NCBI GenBank assembly: GCA_973895155.1
Contig: OZ316895.1
Location: 14,256,225-14,320,224 of the forward strand
Direction of reading: 5' to 3'
DNA length: 64,000 nt
DNA from: Marsupella aquatica
Lineage: Eukaryota; Plantae; Marchantiophyta
Made by a program: the position numbers and the translations under genes. Position 1 is the stretch's first letter; each line of letters opens with the position of its first letter. A model generated the notes under the pieces. It was given only the letters and a program-made list of their open reading frames with translations, was not told where the DNA came from and ran no database searches. Shown here piece by piece: positions 39,881 through 53,726 of this stretch.

Positions 39881-40224
39881 TGTTAGATATTGTTCTAGTC
39901 TTGTGACTCTTGAGCTAACCACAGTTAGTCTAACTCGGGTTAGGACTTAGCTAATGTTAGCGGTAGTGCTATTGGGCATTTAGCCAGGGCTGATGCCAGA
40001 CCATGGTGGAACTTAGGCTCATTGTTACGGAGCTAGTTGAGAGATAGGGAGAGCTTGTGCTGTGGATGCTTGGTATGGCCGGTCGGCCTAGGGTGCAGTA
40101 AAGCTCTTGTGTGTTTCCGTGGACGTAGCCTCATGTGGAGGTGAACCACGTATCTCTCTGTGTCGACTATTGTGCGTTGGATGGTTCATGGGCTTGTCGT
40201 TGCGAATGTCGTCTATGCTCAACA
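39881..40224 (+). repeat. 3' LTR of the copia element
   Basis: Direct repeat of 34726-35069, preceded by the PPT. Confidence 0.97.
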
Positions 40225-41067
40225 AACACTACCAGGCATCTGTTGCACCTCATTCTACAAGGAGCCATTGTCCACATTCAAACTACTCTTCACTAGTCAG
40301 ACTAGCAGTATGCACAAGGCCAGCAATTACATCATACTTTAATTGAACTCACTGCTATGATTGCAAAGGCTTCTAGTCATAGTTGACTTGATTGTGGGGG
40401 TCTTTGCTGTTAGTACCTTGTTCTTGCCAGTGTTGGGGTCACCTTACCATTGGGAGGTGCTTTGCCTTACTGTTGTGTGGATTAGTTTTTGGTTTTAGCT
40501 ACCTCTTGTTGGGAAAAACCTTCGTCCAGGATCGACACAAGAGTCACATCAACAATGCGCACGCCAACAACTCATGCACATTCACCATGAGACTACATAG
40601 CATATAAGTGGTTCACCCAGATGGGCTACGTCCACTATCATCGAGGAAATCACTAATGATCAAGTCATACATGGTCCACCATAGCCTCCTCTACGGAGCT
40701 CTAAGGTGTATCTCCTTAGAAGACCTCAATGTGTAGAATGAGTTCCACACTGGAACTCTCTAAGGTATTATGTCTACTCGAGTGTCACCTGCTTATCAAA
40801 CGATTTGCACAACAAATATGTATTTACTCTACTAAAATCATTTGTTATCATATGACGGGAACGTGGAGGGACGCTATTAGGATTCTATTGCATGTAAGAT
40901 GAGTATGTTTATTTCTGCTCCCGAAAATATAATTTTTGATCAAGTCTACCGACTAGTCCCTCTGCTTTTGATCAAGTCCCATAGACTACACCACACACAC
41001 ACACACTTCTACTCGTTGTTGGTGGAGTACTGTCACCACCCCCCTACTCACATGGTCGACCAAACCG

Positions 41068-41798
41068 TGTAAGGATTCCTTAGACACTTCTTGGGGAAAG
41101 AACACAATCGTGAACCAGGAAAATATAACTTCACACCAAAACTTGAGGAATCAAACCAAATCCATATCTTTTGGCAAAAAAAGGGGTAACACATTGCAAG
41201 GACAACCCGGCCTCCTGCCGTCTGCCCAACTCCTGCCTCACTGGGGCAAGCGCTACACCTCTACCTCACTACTCTGGCTCAAATTCCCCTTCTGGCTATG
41301 AGCTAACTTCCCTAACACCAACACTAGACTGAGTTCCCCCCCTCACTACTCAAGGGCTCCCTTATTGGGGAATTTTTAACCCCCCCTAAATCCCCGAGCG
41401 CACCGGCTGCAACCTCGCCCCAATAGCTCGTATTGGGGGATTTAACTCCCCCCTCTACCTTCTCTTAACGCTCCCCCTGATGGCATCTCCCTCTTCCGGG
41501 GTTTAGTGAAAATTAGCGCTCCTCCTCCTAAACCTTATTGGGGTCTCATCAAAACAAAAAGGAACTAAGGGCCTAAGGGAAACAGGGTGTCCGATTAGAC
41601 CGGCCCTAGTTTCAAGGTCCCAACATTCTTGCTTGCTGGGGAGTCGTAGGCATAAAAAAAATAAGTGGAGGCCTCCGGGGCATAGCAACAGAATAAACTA
41701 AAAAAAACCAAAAAATGGCTTATTTACAATGGTTAGTTACATGGCACAACCCAATTAAACAACTATCGAGGATTTTCAGTGACGGGGACCCCGTCACA
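41068..41798. mobile_element. Possible solo LTR (gypsy-like termini), apparently inserted in an older LTR fragment
   Basis: TGTAAGG...GTCACA termini, but no matching TSD. The adjacent 41799-41894 reads TGTTAGGTATTGC on the minus strand, resembling the copia LTR start. Confidence 0.4.
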
Positions 41799-41894
41799 TC
41801 GAGTGAGCCACTCCACAAACTGTGCTAGTGTCTAACTAGAGCTAATGCTAACCGCAATTACCCGAGTACAAGGTAGACTGAGGCAATACCTAAC

Positions 41895-42115
41895 ACCTTC
41901 TGTCTGAAGTTGGCTTTGAGGACTGTTGTGATGTTGGCGTTATGGCGTCGGTTGTGGTGTGTCCTAGCCCTTGGCTTGTATTGTTTTGTGCCCCGCTGGT
42001 CTTTGCCTTGGGGGCCATTTTAATAAATTTCCAAGTTTAATTTAAATTAAATTAAATTAAATTAAATTAAATTAAATTAAAAAGAAAAAAGAAAAAAGAA
42101 AAAGACAAAGAAGAA
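41895..42115 (+). mobile_element. Probable 3' end of a non-LTR retroelement with an A-rich tail
   Basis: GT-rich tract, then AATAAA, then (AAATT)n and (AAAAAG)n. Confidence 0.4.
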
Positions 42116-42212
42116 AGGAAGCAGACATGGGAGTCACCATAGTGAAAAGTTTGTCTAAAGGTAAAACCCATATTTTTTGGGTGAATACCACACTGACCTG
42201 ATTGTAACCTCT

Positions 42213-42540
42213 TGTTACGAATTGCTCTTAGTCTTGTGACTCAAAGGTTACGGTACTTAGGCTAACCACAGTTAGGGTCTTAGCTGAGGTTAGGTTAGTC
42301 GTGTGTGACCTTGTATATACCAGGGCTAGTGTCGCAGGTGTGGTGTGCTTACTCATTGTAACGGAGCAACTTGAGGAAGAGGGAGAGCATGTGTGTTCGT
42401 CTACTCTTGGAGTAAAGTTTGAGTATTCGTGTGGACGTAGCCTTGGAGAAGAGGTGAACCACGTAGAGATTGTGTCGACTACGTGTGAATGGTATGAATA
42501 ATGATTGTATCGTCATGAAGCAAGACGTCATAGTTCAACA
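42213..42540 (+). mobile_element. Solo LTR (328 bp) of a copia family related to the 34.7-40.2 kb element
   Basis: TGTT...AACA termini and a perfect 5-bp TSD CCTCT (42208-42212 and 42541-42545). Shares blocks TAGTCTTGTGACTC, GCTAACCACAGTTAG, GTGGACGTAGCCT and GAGGTGAACCACGTA with the copia LTR. Confidence 0.9.
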
Positions 42541-45500
42541 CCTCTATGGTACCTCCTCGACTAACATCGGGATCTCTTGTTAAGCTTGAGGCACCTTAGA
42601 TCAAGGACGGTTTGCCCTAGACTAGGGTATTCGTCATGCTCGGGACCTGGATTAATAACTTGCCTGGACCAGTTGCCCAAATCATGCCTTGACTCACAGA
42701 GATGACTGATTGAATTGCCATCCACCCCATCTCACCTTGCTCTTACAAGGCGGATCTATCCCACAAATAGTCATCCAACACCTCAACAAACCTTGCTGCC
42801 TGCTTGGATGTAATCCTCTTTCCATGTGTACCTTGCCTGCATAAATGCACATCTACTGATGGCCTCTTAATTGGTTGGCACCTATTTTTGCTTCTTCAAC
42901 CCACTTATAATAGCCTATATAGCATGTTCATCATGAACATGCTTTGTTTTTTGTCTTGTAGTGATATGTGTAAGAGATCTAGTTTTTTACAATAAAATAC
43001 AATAATAGAAGTATAGTATATGCAAAGAAAAGAGTATCTTTTAACAATGAGTGGGATACGTCAACTGTAGAAGTAGGGCACAAGCAAAGAAATACACATA
43101 ATGATCTGGAAAAGTACAAGTCATATGATATAAAGATATTTAATAGTTGTGCACATAAGGTACACATACTCACTTGCTTGAGATAATGACAATCAAAACC
43201 ATAACTTTAGTAAAACCAGTCATGCGGGGAAACTTAATACACTAGTGGTTCACACTTCTCAGATTCATTTCTCTTGGTCATGAGAACTTGTAAAACTTCT
43301 TCACATTTCTGGTAGAATTTTAAAATTAGCGGTAAAGTATATGCTTAGGATAAAAATGATTAAAAAGTGAAGAGGGGTGTCAAAATGAGGTCAAAATACT
43401 CTAGGAGAGCAAAAAAATTAAAAGGGGTCCAATATTTATTCCTAATCTATATAACACAAATGATACATCTAGAAAGGCACATTGAAATAAAAATATAAGA
43501 CTGAAAATTTGAATAAGACAAAATCTGAAAGGTGGATTCACCATTATAGGAGCATCAAAATTTAGATAGCCTATAAATGGTTTTTTTTTTTAAGTCACCC
43601 CTGGCATTTACCATAGCCCAGCCACTATGATCACTCCCTTTTTCTTTTCATTTGTCCATTCACCTTACTTTATAGCCTACCATGTCTTTAAAATTTACTC
43701 TCATAACTTCTCCCTGGAATGATAGCATATGGTGCCTTTTGCATAATATTTGACAAAGTTGAATTTCCCATGTCTTGGAAAGGAGTGAGTGAAACAACTC
43801 CTCTCCCTTCACTTTACACTGCCACTAACAAACCACTAAACCTAAGCTGTTCCTCATCCAATTCAGCGTCCTAATCCAAATTCAACATTTACGTCATATA
43901 AAGTATTCCCTAAATATGATGTAAGTATTTATATCATATTCAGTATTTGCATCATATAAAGTATCCCCAGGAAAATACTTGATGGGGCCACTCTAATGAA
44001 AGATATTCCTGATGAGCCCCTAACTTTTCAAATATACTTAATGGGGCCCCTTGTCCCTGTAACCCTTTCTCAGCACCTGTTATATTTAGAGTTTCCATTT
44101 TTTAATTGTAATGTACTATACAACTTTATAAGTCAGTCCACAAGATGTACTGTCTAGAAGCAATTTAATATACTTTTGTTTAGAAATACTTATAGAATTT
44201 ATGGACTAAGTATTTAGCACTTCTAACTCACATTTAGCTGCCCATATTCACTTGTTTCATGTTTTGAAATATCTCTACAAGGGAAGTAGTCCTTAAGGCA
44301 CATAAGTTTTGCTCTTTTTGCTTCTTTCTCTCAATTGTTTGGAATTATTCATAACTGAAAGCATTTCTCCAAAGCATAGTTTCACCTGAACTTTAGGAAG
44401 GTGAACCAATGGGTTTGGGTGCTATCTGGGTGGTGCCATTTTTTATAAGTTGTTTTTTGCAAATAACTCATGTGGTACTTTAGACAATTCTTTGATACTT
44501 TTCCAAAACATGTTTGCAAATATTCACCTTAGACGGGAGCATTTCCTTGGTGTCATTTTTGTGATTTTTTTAAGATGTGAGCACCTAGGTAGAGTATATC
44601 AGGCAATTTATGCAAGTATTTTCCTGAAAGTATTCCAGCACGATTTCCAAAGTAAGCTCCCCGGTAATACTAAGCTCCGCATAATACATGCCCACCAAAT
44701 AAACTTGGGTTCCTTATTGTGGGGGGGGGGGGGGGGGGGGGACGGGGTTGAAGGGGAGGATAACACAGTCTTCTCACGACCTCCGCATAGTATGAGATTT
44801 CCAATAAACGCTTTGTTAATTGTGAGACCTAAAAATCTATGTGTATTTTTTGTAACGCAGGAAAAGTATTCATTCCACATTTTGAGACTACTCTCACTCC
44901 CCGCTTCGTTTCTATTACTCTTTGCTCTTACTCAGATTTATTTTCATAATTGTAGAAGAAAGGCATGAGAGTGTACACTCATCAGGAATAGTCTCAAACC
45001 TGAACTTGAAGGACCCTAACTTAGTATGGTATCATAGTAGTTATAGGCTACCAAATTCATGGTCCATAACTTATATCCATAAAGATATATCCATAAAGAT
45101 TGGTCATACGCAGGTAAATCCCAGAACCCTGTGAAAAAGAAATGGCCATTTGTTTATGGCCAAAAGCCATATCCATAACTATGAAGCTTTGAGGCCCCTC
45201 ATCTTTTCCTTTGGTGAGGCTACTTTGTAAGAATTAACATGCGACGTCAGGGCCGCATATGAAAGGTGCAGCAAGTATCATCCAGTGAGGGTGAGGACTA
45301 GGACAGGTACGAAATTTTGCACGAGTTGTGATTGATGTTGTCTACCTTGAGCTGATGATAGGCTACTTCTGGTGATCATTTGCAACGTAAGTCAGTGTTC
45401 CAGAAAGACACTGGAGGAGACATTCCTTCCTAGCAAATGGGGAGATTTCCAATCTCTGCAAATTTTCCGCATTGTGTCAGTTTATAGCGCTCGTTCCCTG

Positions 45501-48206
45501 ATTTCGAGATCTATAACCAATACACATTCTCATTGTGTTATCCAGTCTAAATGACACAATGCAAATATTTATTGATTCTAGAGCTCAAATTTACCGTCAA
45601 CAAACGGTGCAGCATTATGTCCAATCTTATGCAATCTTATGCCTGCTTGCAAGTCAGTGCAGAAAGTCTCGAGCATTACAATATCGCCCATCCGCAATTT
45701 AAAATTCGCACACATTGAGGTTGTTGTAGAATTCGTTTGAGGAGATGCTGACCTCTGAAATCGGACTTACTGCTCCTGCCAGTCACACCAATTTCCTTTC
45801 AGATGATGGCATACCAGTTGAAATTACTCTGGAACTCTCTGGTCAGTAAGAAGATGACAGGGCTTTCAATTGAGAGGCCAGCCTATAGTCTGACAGACAA
45901 CTCGTGTCCAGGACACCACTTTCTCCTCACATTTCGTCCCAACATTTATTTAGAAAGGAGCTGTGATCGAATCTCTGTAAGACCAGAAAAACAACAGTAT
46001 TCTAGCAGGATAGGTTCCTGCTACGGGCCCGAGCAGACGAGTAAGGGACCAACCTCATTGGATTTAGGCTCACCAGGAGTCGCCTGCATCTCCCCTTCAG
46101 TGAAAATTTCCCCACCGCGTTTGTGACTTCCAGGGGATGAATGGGATAACAATGGTTCTTTACAGCAAGAAATTTGGGTTACGTAGGCCATATCTCACAC
46201 TCGAATTTGAGCAAGATTATATTTATACTTCTCCCGCCACCAACAGGAACAACTTAAGCAAGCTTACAGCTTGTGTCCACCAATTCCATAAGATCTCGTA
46301 CCTGCTTCTAGCATATTCATCAGTTTCGTACATTTCATCATTACAACACTAAAAAGATTTAGTACACTGCATGTGTCCAGATGGTAGTCCTCTGCTTAAG
46401 AACAACGAAAACTCAATGACATTTTCAGTGCAAGGCTAGGCGTGGAATTGTCGCCTATATGCAAACGTATGCATACTGATAAAAGTCGGAATATACACAG
46501 TTCATAGGTGAGATGCAACACCAGATGTCAGAAGCCATGACTAAAATACTTACAACAGAGGGGATGGACGCGATGAATGAAACTTTCAAGTCCACGATCT
46601 AATCCAGAATTAGGTTCGTACTTGATATGGGTAAAATTGTGGCATCTTTGTCATGAAGTTCATATTCGGCGATGTTGGAGGTCCTGAAACTTTCTATAAT
46701 CGAATCAGAGGAGTATCAAATTAAACGACTGCCACGGTCTCACCCGTGACATACCCGTTTGGAGATCTCGAACCCTCAAAAACGAACAGCATGGAAGATC
46801 TATGAGCAAACAGGAACCAAACAAAAACGAGAGTGAAGTTTGACCACACTTTCATGTACCCACCAAACGGAAGAGAAACTATCAATCATTCTGGGAATTC
46901 GACGAAATGGACCCACCCATCTTTACTTAAAAACTTCCACTGACCGCAACCTCACGAGAATAAGTGCAGAAGATCAACTAACTGAAACAATTATGAACTC
47001 AACTCACCAGTCGTATTCCACCGCTGTGTCCATGTAGACTCTTATGCTCCAGGAGGCATGCGCCAATTCAACGGAAGTATTGCAGAACACTTAGGACTAC
47101 GATGGTTTGCAGCGTTCCAGGATCTCCTCCATCAAAGTAGCTTATGGAAAAAGAGGTTCGAAGGAATCTGAATCTGACTTCTCACACCTCTACGATACAT
47201 CCATGGTCGGTTGAACCTAGTCGTTGGTACAGGACAGGCCTGCATCTGAGAATATCGACAACATACAACGAGCCAACTCAATCGTTGAAACCCTACTTTG
47301 CCAATGAATACCGTTTAGCTAATTAAGGGGAGTTCTGTACAACACGGACCAACTATTCAGACTCGATGACATTGGAACTTCACTAGACAATATGCCAGTG
47401 CAAGAAGAACCTATCACCAAGAAGCTCGAAGTTCATATGAGCCCAAACCAAGGGACTAACGTCAGGATTTAAGTTGACGAGTTGGGCCCTTCCAGTAATA
47501 GCTACTGCCTTAATTACCGAGACCATAGACCCCAACCAAACGCACAAGAAGCAAAAATTGAAAACTTCATGAACACCCCTGGCACTGCTTGCTGGGGACG
47601 AAATTACTATAAATTTGCCAACTTAATCATAAGAAACAGCCAACCATTCAACACGCTTATCAAAGATGCAGTGGGACTCAGATGTTAAGGTGAGAAATTA
47701 TAGTTGGACATTGTTGAAATCCTCCACACCAAGTACAGACATTCAGTCGGCAGATCTCACATAACTACCCTTTATTTGTACAATACAGATACATGGTACA
47801 CATCTGATATCAGGTATTCCATTCACCCGACTCTACAACTCAAGAGACCTACAACCTCTCACAAACCCCAGACAAAAAGGGAAACTACAACGTACTTTAG
47901 ATCAAAACTAAAACCTAACTACCCAGCCCTTTTTGTCCTCACCAGTTACCTACTCTTGACAAGGGTATGGAGTGCAATAGCTTTGAAAAGAATCACTCCG
48001 TATAAGACCTATATTTAGAGCCCCTACCACCAGCTACAGTACAAAATGGCATGCTGTAATTGCTGCCTTGGCGAAATACCATGACAACAAAAGTCACATG
48101 GGAAAGGCATACCTGACAGGTTGCACAAATGGCCTATATAGCTACAATGTTCTCAGAAAAACTCCATCTTTTGGGGATTTTTCTCCAGTTCGGATGCTCA
48201 GAATAC

Positions 48207-51200
48207 TTAAGAGAATCGATCCAAGGGGTCTCCTCTATTTGTTAAATATGGCATTTCAGCAGCAGCAGCTATTTTTCCACGCAGGTTGAATCGTTTTGCA
48301 ATGATTGGTCGTACATCATCGACACCAACGAGGGTCTCCAGAAACGGTAATAAGGTATTCAGAGCACTATCGGAGCGATCATCGAACCAGCTCTCAATAG
48401 GAATACCATTATCGACCTGAAAGCCGTAAGCCTGGGACATGCCACACGAATTCCATCAGTATATTATCGATAAGCTACCTCCTCGCAATGCTTCGGAAGA
48501 TTTCCGTCATGAACCACAAGAGGAGAACTTTCAACATGTCTGAAAGAAGACACAAGAAAGTCACAAACGTGAAGACCGCACAAGAAATTGAATACCGACC
48601 TTCGCACAACACTGCCACCTAACATTAATCGCATCGAATAGGACCCCAAATCAACATTTGACAGTCCGAGATCCTGATGTCTGCAACTAACGAACTAAGA
48701 TTTTTCTTTTAATATATTACAAAAACTCGAAACCCAGGCACTGACCAGTAAAGAGTATCACCCTGAAGGACCAAAAGGCTTCATGCCGTTTAGATGATTA
48801 GTACCTGAGGAGAGTTATCTATGATGGCGACCTTTGAAAGGTCCCGACCAAGAATGGTTAGATCTTTCAAATAGTTTCCCCTGACAAATACACAAGAGTC
48901 TCGAAATATGCGATGTCGAATCAGCTTGCGTTTAGGATCCAAAACATTCAGTAGCTGTTCTGCATAAACACTCTGACTGGCTGTGAAAACGATGATCTCA
49001 AAAAGCTGTGCCACGCGTTCCATAAACTCTTGCAGGTGCGGTCTCCTTCGTACGTAGACCATGTGTTCTTGGTAATCGAAGTGAACAGGGAAACTAAAAT
49101 CGGCGTCATCACAAAGCTCCAAAGTCGAATGTACCAACGTCTCTGTTACACCAGAAAAGCGGACAGGTAAGTTCCTGAATTGTTTTCTCACCAGTTCACC
49201 CCAACAGGATATTCAGAAGATACTACCGAAAATTTTTCGCAGTCAGTGACTCAGGTTGGCATAGCTTAACTCCACAACTACTTTCGGTGAAACATATTCA
49301 GCCAAAGTATGCCCATAGTCCACCTACACTATCGCCCATACAGAACGTTCTCAACGGACCCAAAACTAAATTCCAATACACGAACTAGGTGATAACAAAG
49401 ATTCATCACTCCATCACGCCGTCGCCGATGGCCCAAATACCCAACACAGTCATTACGATAATTGTTGTCTTCAGTGATAGAACTCTACGACTGTACTCAC
49501 CATCAAGATCCAAAACCAGAGTAATGGGTGGACTCCGTCGTGTTTGCCGCGGTAGCAAGAGAGGCCGACTTGGTGGGACCACTTCCGAGAGACTTGGAAG
49601 CCGCTTGATGAAGAGGTACGGATCGATGTCCTCAAACTCGTCATCTTCTTCGACGACCACTTGCCTTTCGTGGCTCCCCTCATCGTTACATTCCAACGAT
49701 TTTGCCTGCTCCACGGCTAGAAACATGTCCGCGTCATCGGAGGCCAAGACGTCTGTGTCGCATTGAGCACGATCCTGGGGAGACCTCTCGTCATCACCCA
49801 CGGCTCTGTCGTCCAGCGGATCCCAATCGATGCAATCGCCAGTAGCGTCAACAAAAGGAGCAACACAATTCTCCGATGAGGGTTTCATACTCAAAGACTG
49901 ATCTTCAGCGGAAGATAAACCCACACAACAATCGAATCTACACGCAGCTATGTCTTCCGCAGAGCTTGTCATCTGGATAGAACAAGGAGTCATAATCGAG
50001 TCTTCATGAGCACTGTCATCCCACGAGGGAGTGGGGACTTCTACAGATGTGGTAGCATCCGCGGAACAGTGAGAGGTATCCTTTAAAGAAGTGCAGGTGG
50101 TAGTCTCGGTGGAGATGATAATATCTTCTGATATCTTGAACTCTACTGCTGTGTTCGGCTCCACTGATGTACTGGGCTCGTCTTGTGCTGTAGCCTGCAC
50201 TGACTCGACTCTCTCTTCCGGCATCTCCACTTGTTGAACTGCAAAGCACCCGAAAGCTCACGGTCAAAATTCAAATAAGAAGTTCACATTACGAATATTG
50301 CTTTCGTCGCTACTGTACACGCTCCCGTCCCGTTGCAAGCTTAGCAGACACGCCATGCAAGAGATCGATATGACAAGAAATGCTGCATATTGCCACGACA
50401 CAACATTTCCAGAGCCAATCGTGGGAGCTCGTAATGAGAACAGGGAGTAAACTTCCTTACCAATCCTGCGCTTACGGACGGATGACCTAATGAGAGCCGC
50501 TGCAACTTCCTTCTTTTTCTGCCAGAAACTCGTTTCCTTTCTCCGCTTCTTACTACCGCAAGGGGCATGATCTCGTTCAGACATTCGGGGACAATACTTC
50601 CTTTCTCTCACCCTCATGATAGGCAGACTCGAAAGTGACGTCTGGACGAACATCTGCCGTGCTTGGAACCTGTCCAAACAACACATCAAGCATAGAGCAC
50701 CACGGAGTGTAACAGCGAGCTCCTCCCTCTTTCACTCTGGACACCCACCCCCACTTCGTAACACCCCTCAAGCTGCAGGTTGTATCTCACCGGCGCAGCG
50801 CTTCCTTCGAGACTCCGCCAGACAAAGCTACATCGCTTGCTTGCCCCTTCGCAACAACTGCGGCTTCCCTGGGAACAGGCACACGATCTGATTCATCTCC
50901 CAGCCCGAGTACGTGCATCATACGACAAGCTTCTACAGAGCATTCACATTCCACCCATCCCAGCAAAACCACACATCAACCTTGCAAAGTCTATGCTACC
51001 GCCACTTCTATCCTGTCACGAGAGCTAGCCTGGGAATACATTCATCGTACCCAACTCAACCGTAGGGACTCCTCTATCATCCCACCTCACTCACTCCCTC
51101 CTCAGCGGAACACTTTCATCATGGGCAACTGCGTTCTCCGGACATCAGACCGAACGCCCCATCCACAAGGCGTCACATTATTAAACAGGACGATGATTAC

Positions 51201-51284
51201 TGGCAGCTACGAGTTACCTGCGCTCCCGCCCCGTTGCAAGCTGAGCTTTTCCCTTCCCAAAGTGCCACCTCCAAACCCTAGCAT
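48207..51284 (-). CDS. SCP1/CTDSPL2-like CTD small phosphatase (FCP1/NIF HAD domain), ~572 aa
   Basis: TLVLDLDETLVHS (DxDxT, split by an intron), [53 protein letters not shown]. Exons 51284-51218, 50932-50791, 50669-50461, 50238-49501, 49142-48805, 48431-48207 are phase-consistent. The first exon and start codon are inferred. Confidence 0.9.
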
Positions 51285-52494
51285 GGTCGCAAAACGTCCA
51301 CCACCTCCCGGTCGGCGAGCGCAAAATTTCTGGGAAGAACAAACAGCACGACGCTCGTCGACGAAGGTCGTCGAACAACCAAAACCCCCTCCAACGCCGG
51401 ATGCCACAAGCAAGCGCGCAACGAGACACACACACACCGAGTCACGAACCCGTCAATGCCACAAGTCTCGCTCGCGTCGCGATAGTAATAGTAGTGCTGC
51501 ACTACACTAGATCGTCGTTCTTCCGATCGTTCCCACGACGGCGGCCCCCGCAAACGGCGGGCGACTGCAAAACCTGCCACCAGGAGAAGCTCTCTACAAA
51601 AGACAACGGGCTGATGACGAGAGCGAGGCTCGAGGACGGGAGAGGAGCGAGAGATCTGCGCGAGAAGCTAGAGAAGCGAGAAATGCATCCACAATCGTCG
51701 GAGAAGCGGCGAACGAATCCGATTAAAATGAAAGAAGCGCGACTGTGCCACCGCAAGCAGCACATCAGCAGTGTGACGAAGCGATGAAGGGATTCATTCC
51801 TCGTGGAAAAGCCGAACAACGGCGGCCAGATGGGTACGTACTGAAGGAGTGGACCTGGGGGCGAATCCAGACCGCCCCCACGACCGAGCAAACGTTCTCG
51901 TTGGCCGTATGTCTTCCGAATCGACTCGCTCCTGGGGCGTGGGAGCGATGGAGAGAGCTCGAACTGCGACTGCGCCGCAACTGCCGTCGGTTCGTTGCCT
52001 CTGGCCGTCATGGTTCTCCCGAACGCCGTTGCTGTCACTCCTGCTTGACCGCGCAAGCTTATCGCTAACTGAGCTCGGTCGACTGTGTCCCGTACTGTTC
52101 TGTGGTGTACTGCGTAAGGCACGGTTACGGCCACGTCTGCAACGCTTCGGCTTGAACATGCTTGGATTGCTTTGCTGCGTGTTGTTTTCCCCCCCTTTTT
52201 CTAGCAAGCTTCTACGGGTGGCTTTACGAGACGTTGGGACACTACTACGGTAGTGCCTTCTTCTCACAATATGTTTCATTTTTTGTCTTGTAGTGATGCA
52301 AGCAAAATGAAGGGCTACTTCTTGTTCTAACCATAGCTTCTAGACCAAAACTTTTTTGAAATGCAATTCAATAAATACAAACAGCTTGAATGAAGGAGAC
52401 AAAGTTTGAAAATGTTTCCACCACTTTTGACAAAATAATTTATCCATGTCAGCAGTTCCTTTTGGCGCGTTGCTGACCATGTAGGGGATGGTAG

Positions 52495-53075
52495 ACTTGT
52501 CATTAATTCTAGTCATTGATCTTTGCCGAAGCAAAAAGGACGGACCAACTTACAGGTTTGGAAGGAGGTCTCATTCCAGCTGGTGACTCTCGAGAAACTA
52601 AATTTCCAATTTGGCATTGATCTTGGTCAAAGCAATAAAGAGGGACCAGTCTACACAGCTTAGAGTTTCCAAAAAGATCTCATCCCAGCTAATGACAGTC
52701 CAAAAATGAAAATTACAACTTGTCATTGATCTTTGTCAAAGCAATGAAGAGGGACCATTCTATGGAGCTCAAAGGTTTGTAAAGAGATCTCATCCCAGCT
52801 GATGACTCTCCAAAAACTAGAATCCCAACTACAGTAGTCATTGATCGTTGTCAAAGCCTTAAATAGGGACAGTATATGGAGCTTAAAGGTTTGGAAGGAA
52901 TTCTCATCCCAGCTGGACTGTTCAAAAATAGAATTCCAACTTGTCATTCATCTTTGTCAAAGCAATAACGAGAGACTGTTCTATGGGAGCTTCAAGGTCG
53001 GGAAGAAGGTCTCATCCCAGCTGATGACTCTTCAAACCAAAATTCCAATCTGTCATCGATCTTTGTCAAAGTAAT
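52495..53075. repeat. Minisatellite, ~123-bp unit, about 5 copies, with a detached copy at ~54225-54320
   Basis: GTCATTGATCTTTGTCAAAGCAAT...CTCATCCCAGCTGATGACT repeats. Confidence 0.9.
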
Positions 53076-53726
53076 AAAGAAGCGATGGAGACCATTGGCA
53101 CAGTGTCCGGGACAACATTCCGAATTGATTCCTCCATGACAGTACCAACTGCCATAGCCAGTACCTCTGAAGCTCTGGTAAGATTCCATCCAGAACCTTG
53201 TGCTCCAATAGTCTGCTCATAAGATCTACTCAAACATGCATTTAAATTTGAATGATATGCATTTAGGGATATCCTCATATCCCACCCAAGCTCATTCTCA
53301 TAGTTGAACTGAATCCCAGGCCTCTGATGACTTTGGTGTTTGGGGCACTGCACTCCAAAAAAGTATTAGTTTTAGGGACACAAAATGCTCAAAACCCGCT
53401 CCCTTGGCCCACACAAATTTGTCTCTCATGCACCAGAACTACAGTAGGGAGTCCAGGTGTGAGCAAGCCTACCCCCATGCCGCTTTGCCAAACAGTATGG
53501 ATGATAGAGATGCATAGATCTTTGTCTTGATCCTGCTCGATCAGAAACTGAAAGGTATTTTGTTGGGTACTATGGTCACTAGAGTTGTACTTGCTTGGGT
53601 GGCTAAATCAAGTTATCTTAAGTCACACCATACAGATAGGATCATGCCAATGTATACTCATCTACCTGTTTACCAAGTCACATAAAAGCTAGACAGGTGG
53701 GACTGCTCTTATGACCCCAAAATCTA

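Larger units (their letters stand above)
34726..40224 (+). mobile_element. Full-length Ty1/copia LTR retrotransposon (Tork/Tnt1-like), with in-frame stops
   Basis: LTRs 34726-35069 and 39881-40224 (344 bp, TGTT...AACA, about 7 mismatches by eye). TSD AACAC on both sides. PBS TGGTATCAGAGC (tRNA-iMet) at 35072-35083 and PPT AAGGGGGAG at 39870-39878. Domain order gag (CWNCGKPGHMKRDC), protease (WILDSAC), integrase (HHCC, HSDVWG, DNGGEY, KGYRLW), RT (YVDD), RNase H (NPADAFTK). Confidence 0.98.

Noticed and set aside
46546-46553. ATACTTAC resembling the U1 snRNA 5' end
   Set aside because: The downstream sequence does not match U1. It is the reverse complement of a splice donor.
51121-52279. Several overlapping 100-210 aa ORFs
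   Set aside because: GC-rich promoter and 5' leader of the CTD phosphatase gene. The ORFs are Arg/Ser-rich, mostly have non-ATG starts and show no domain motifs.
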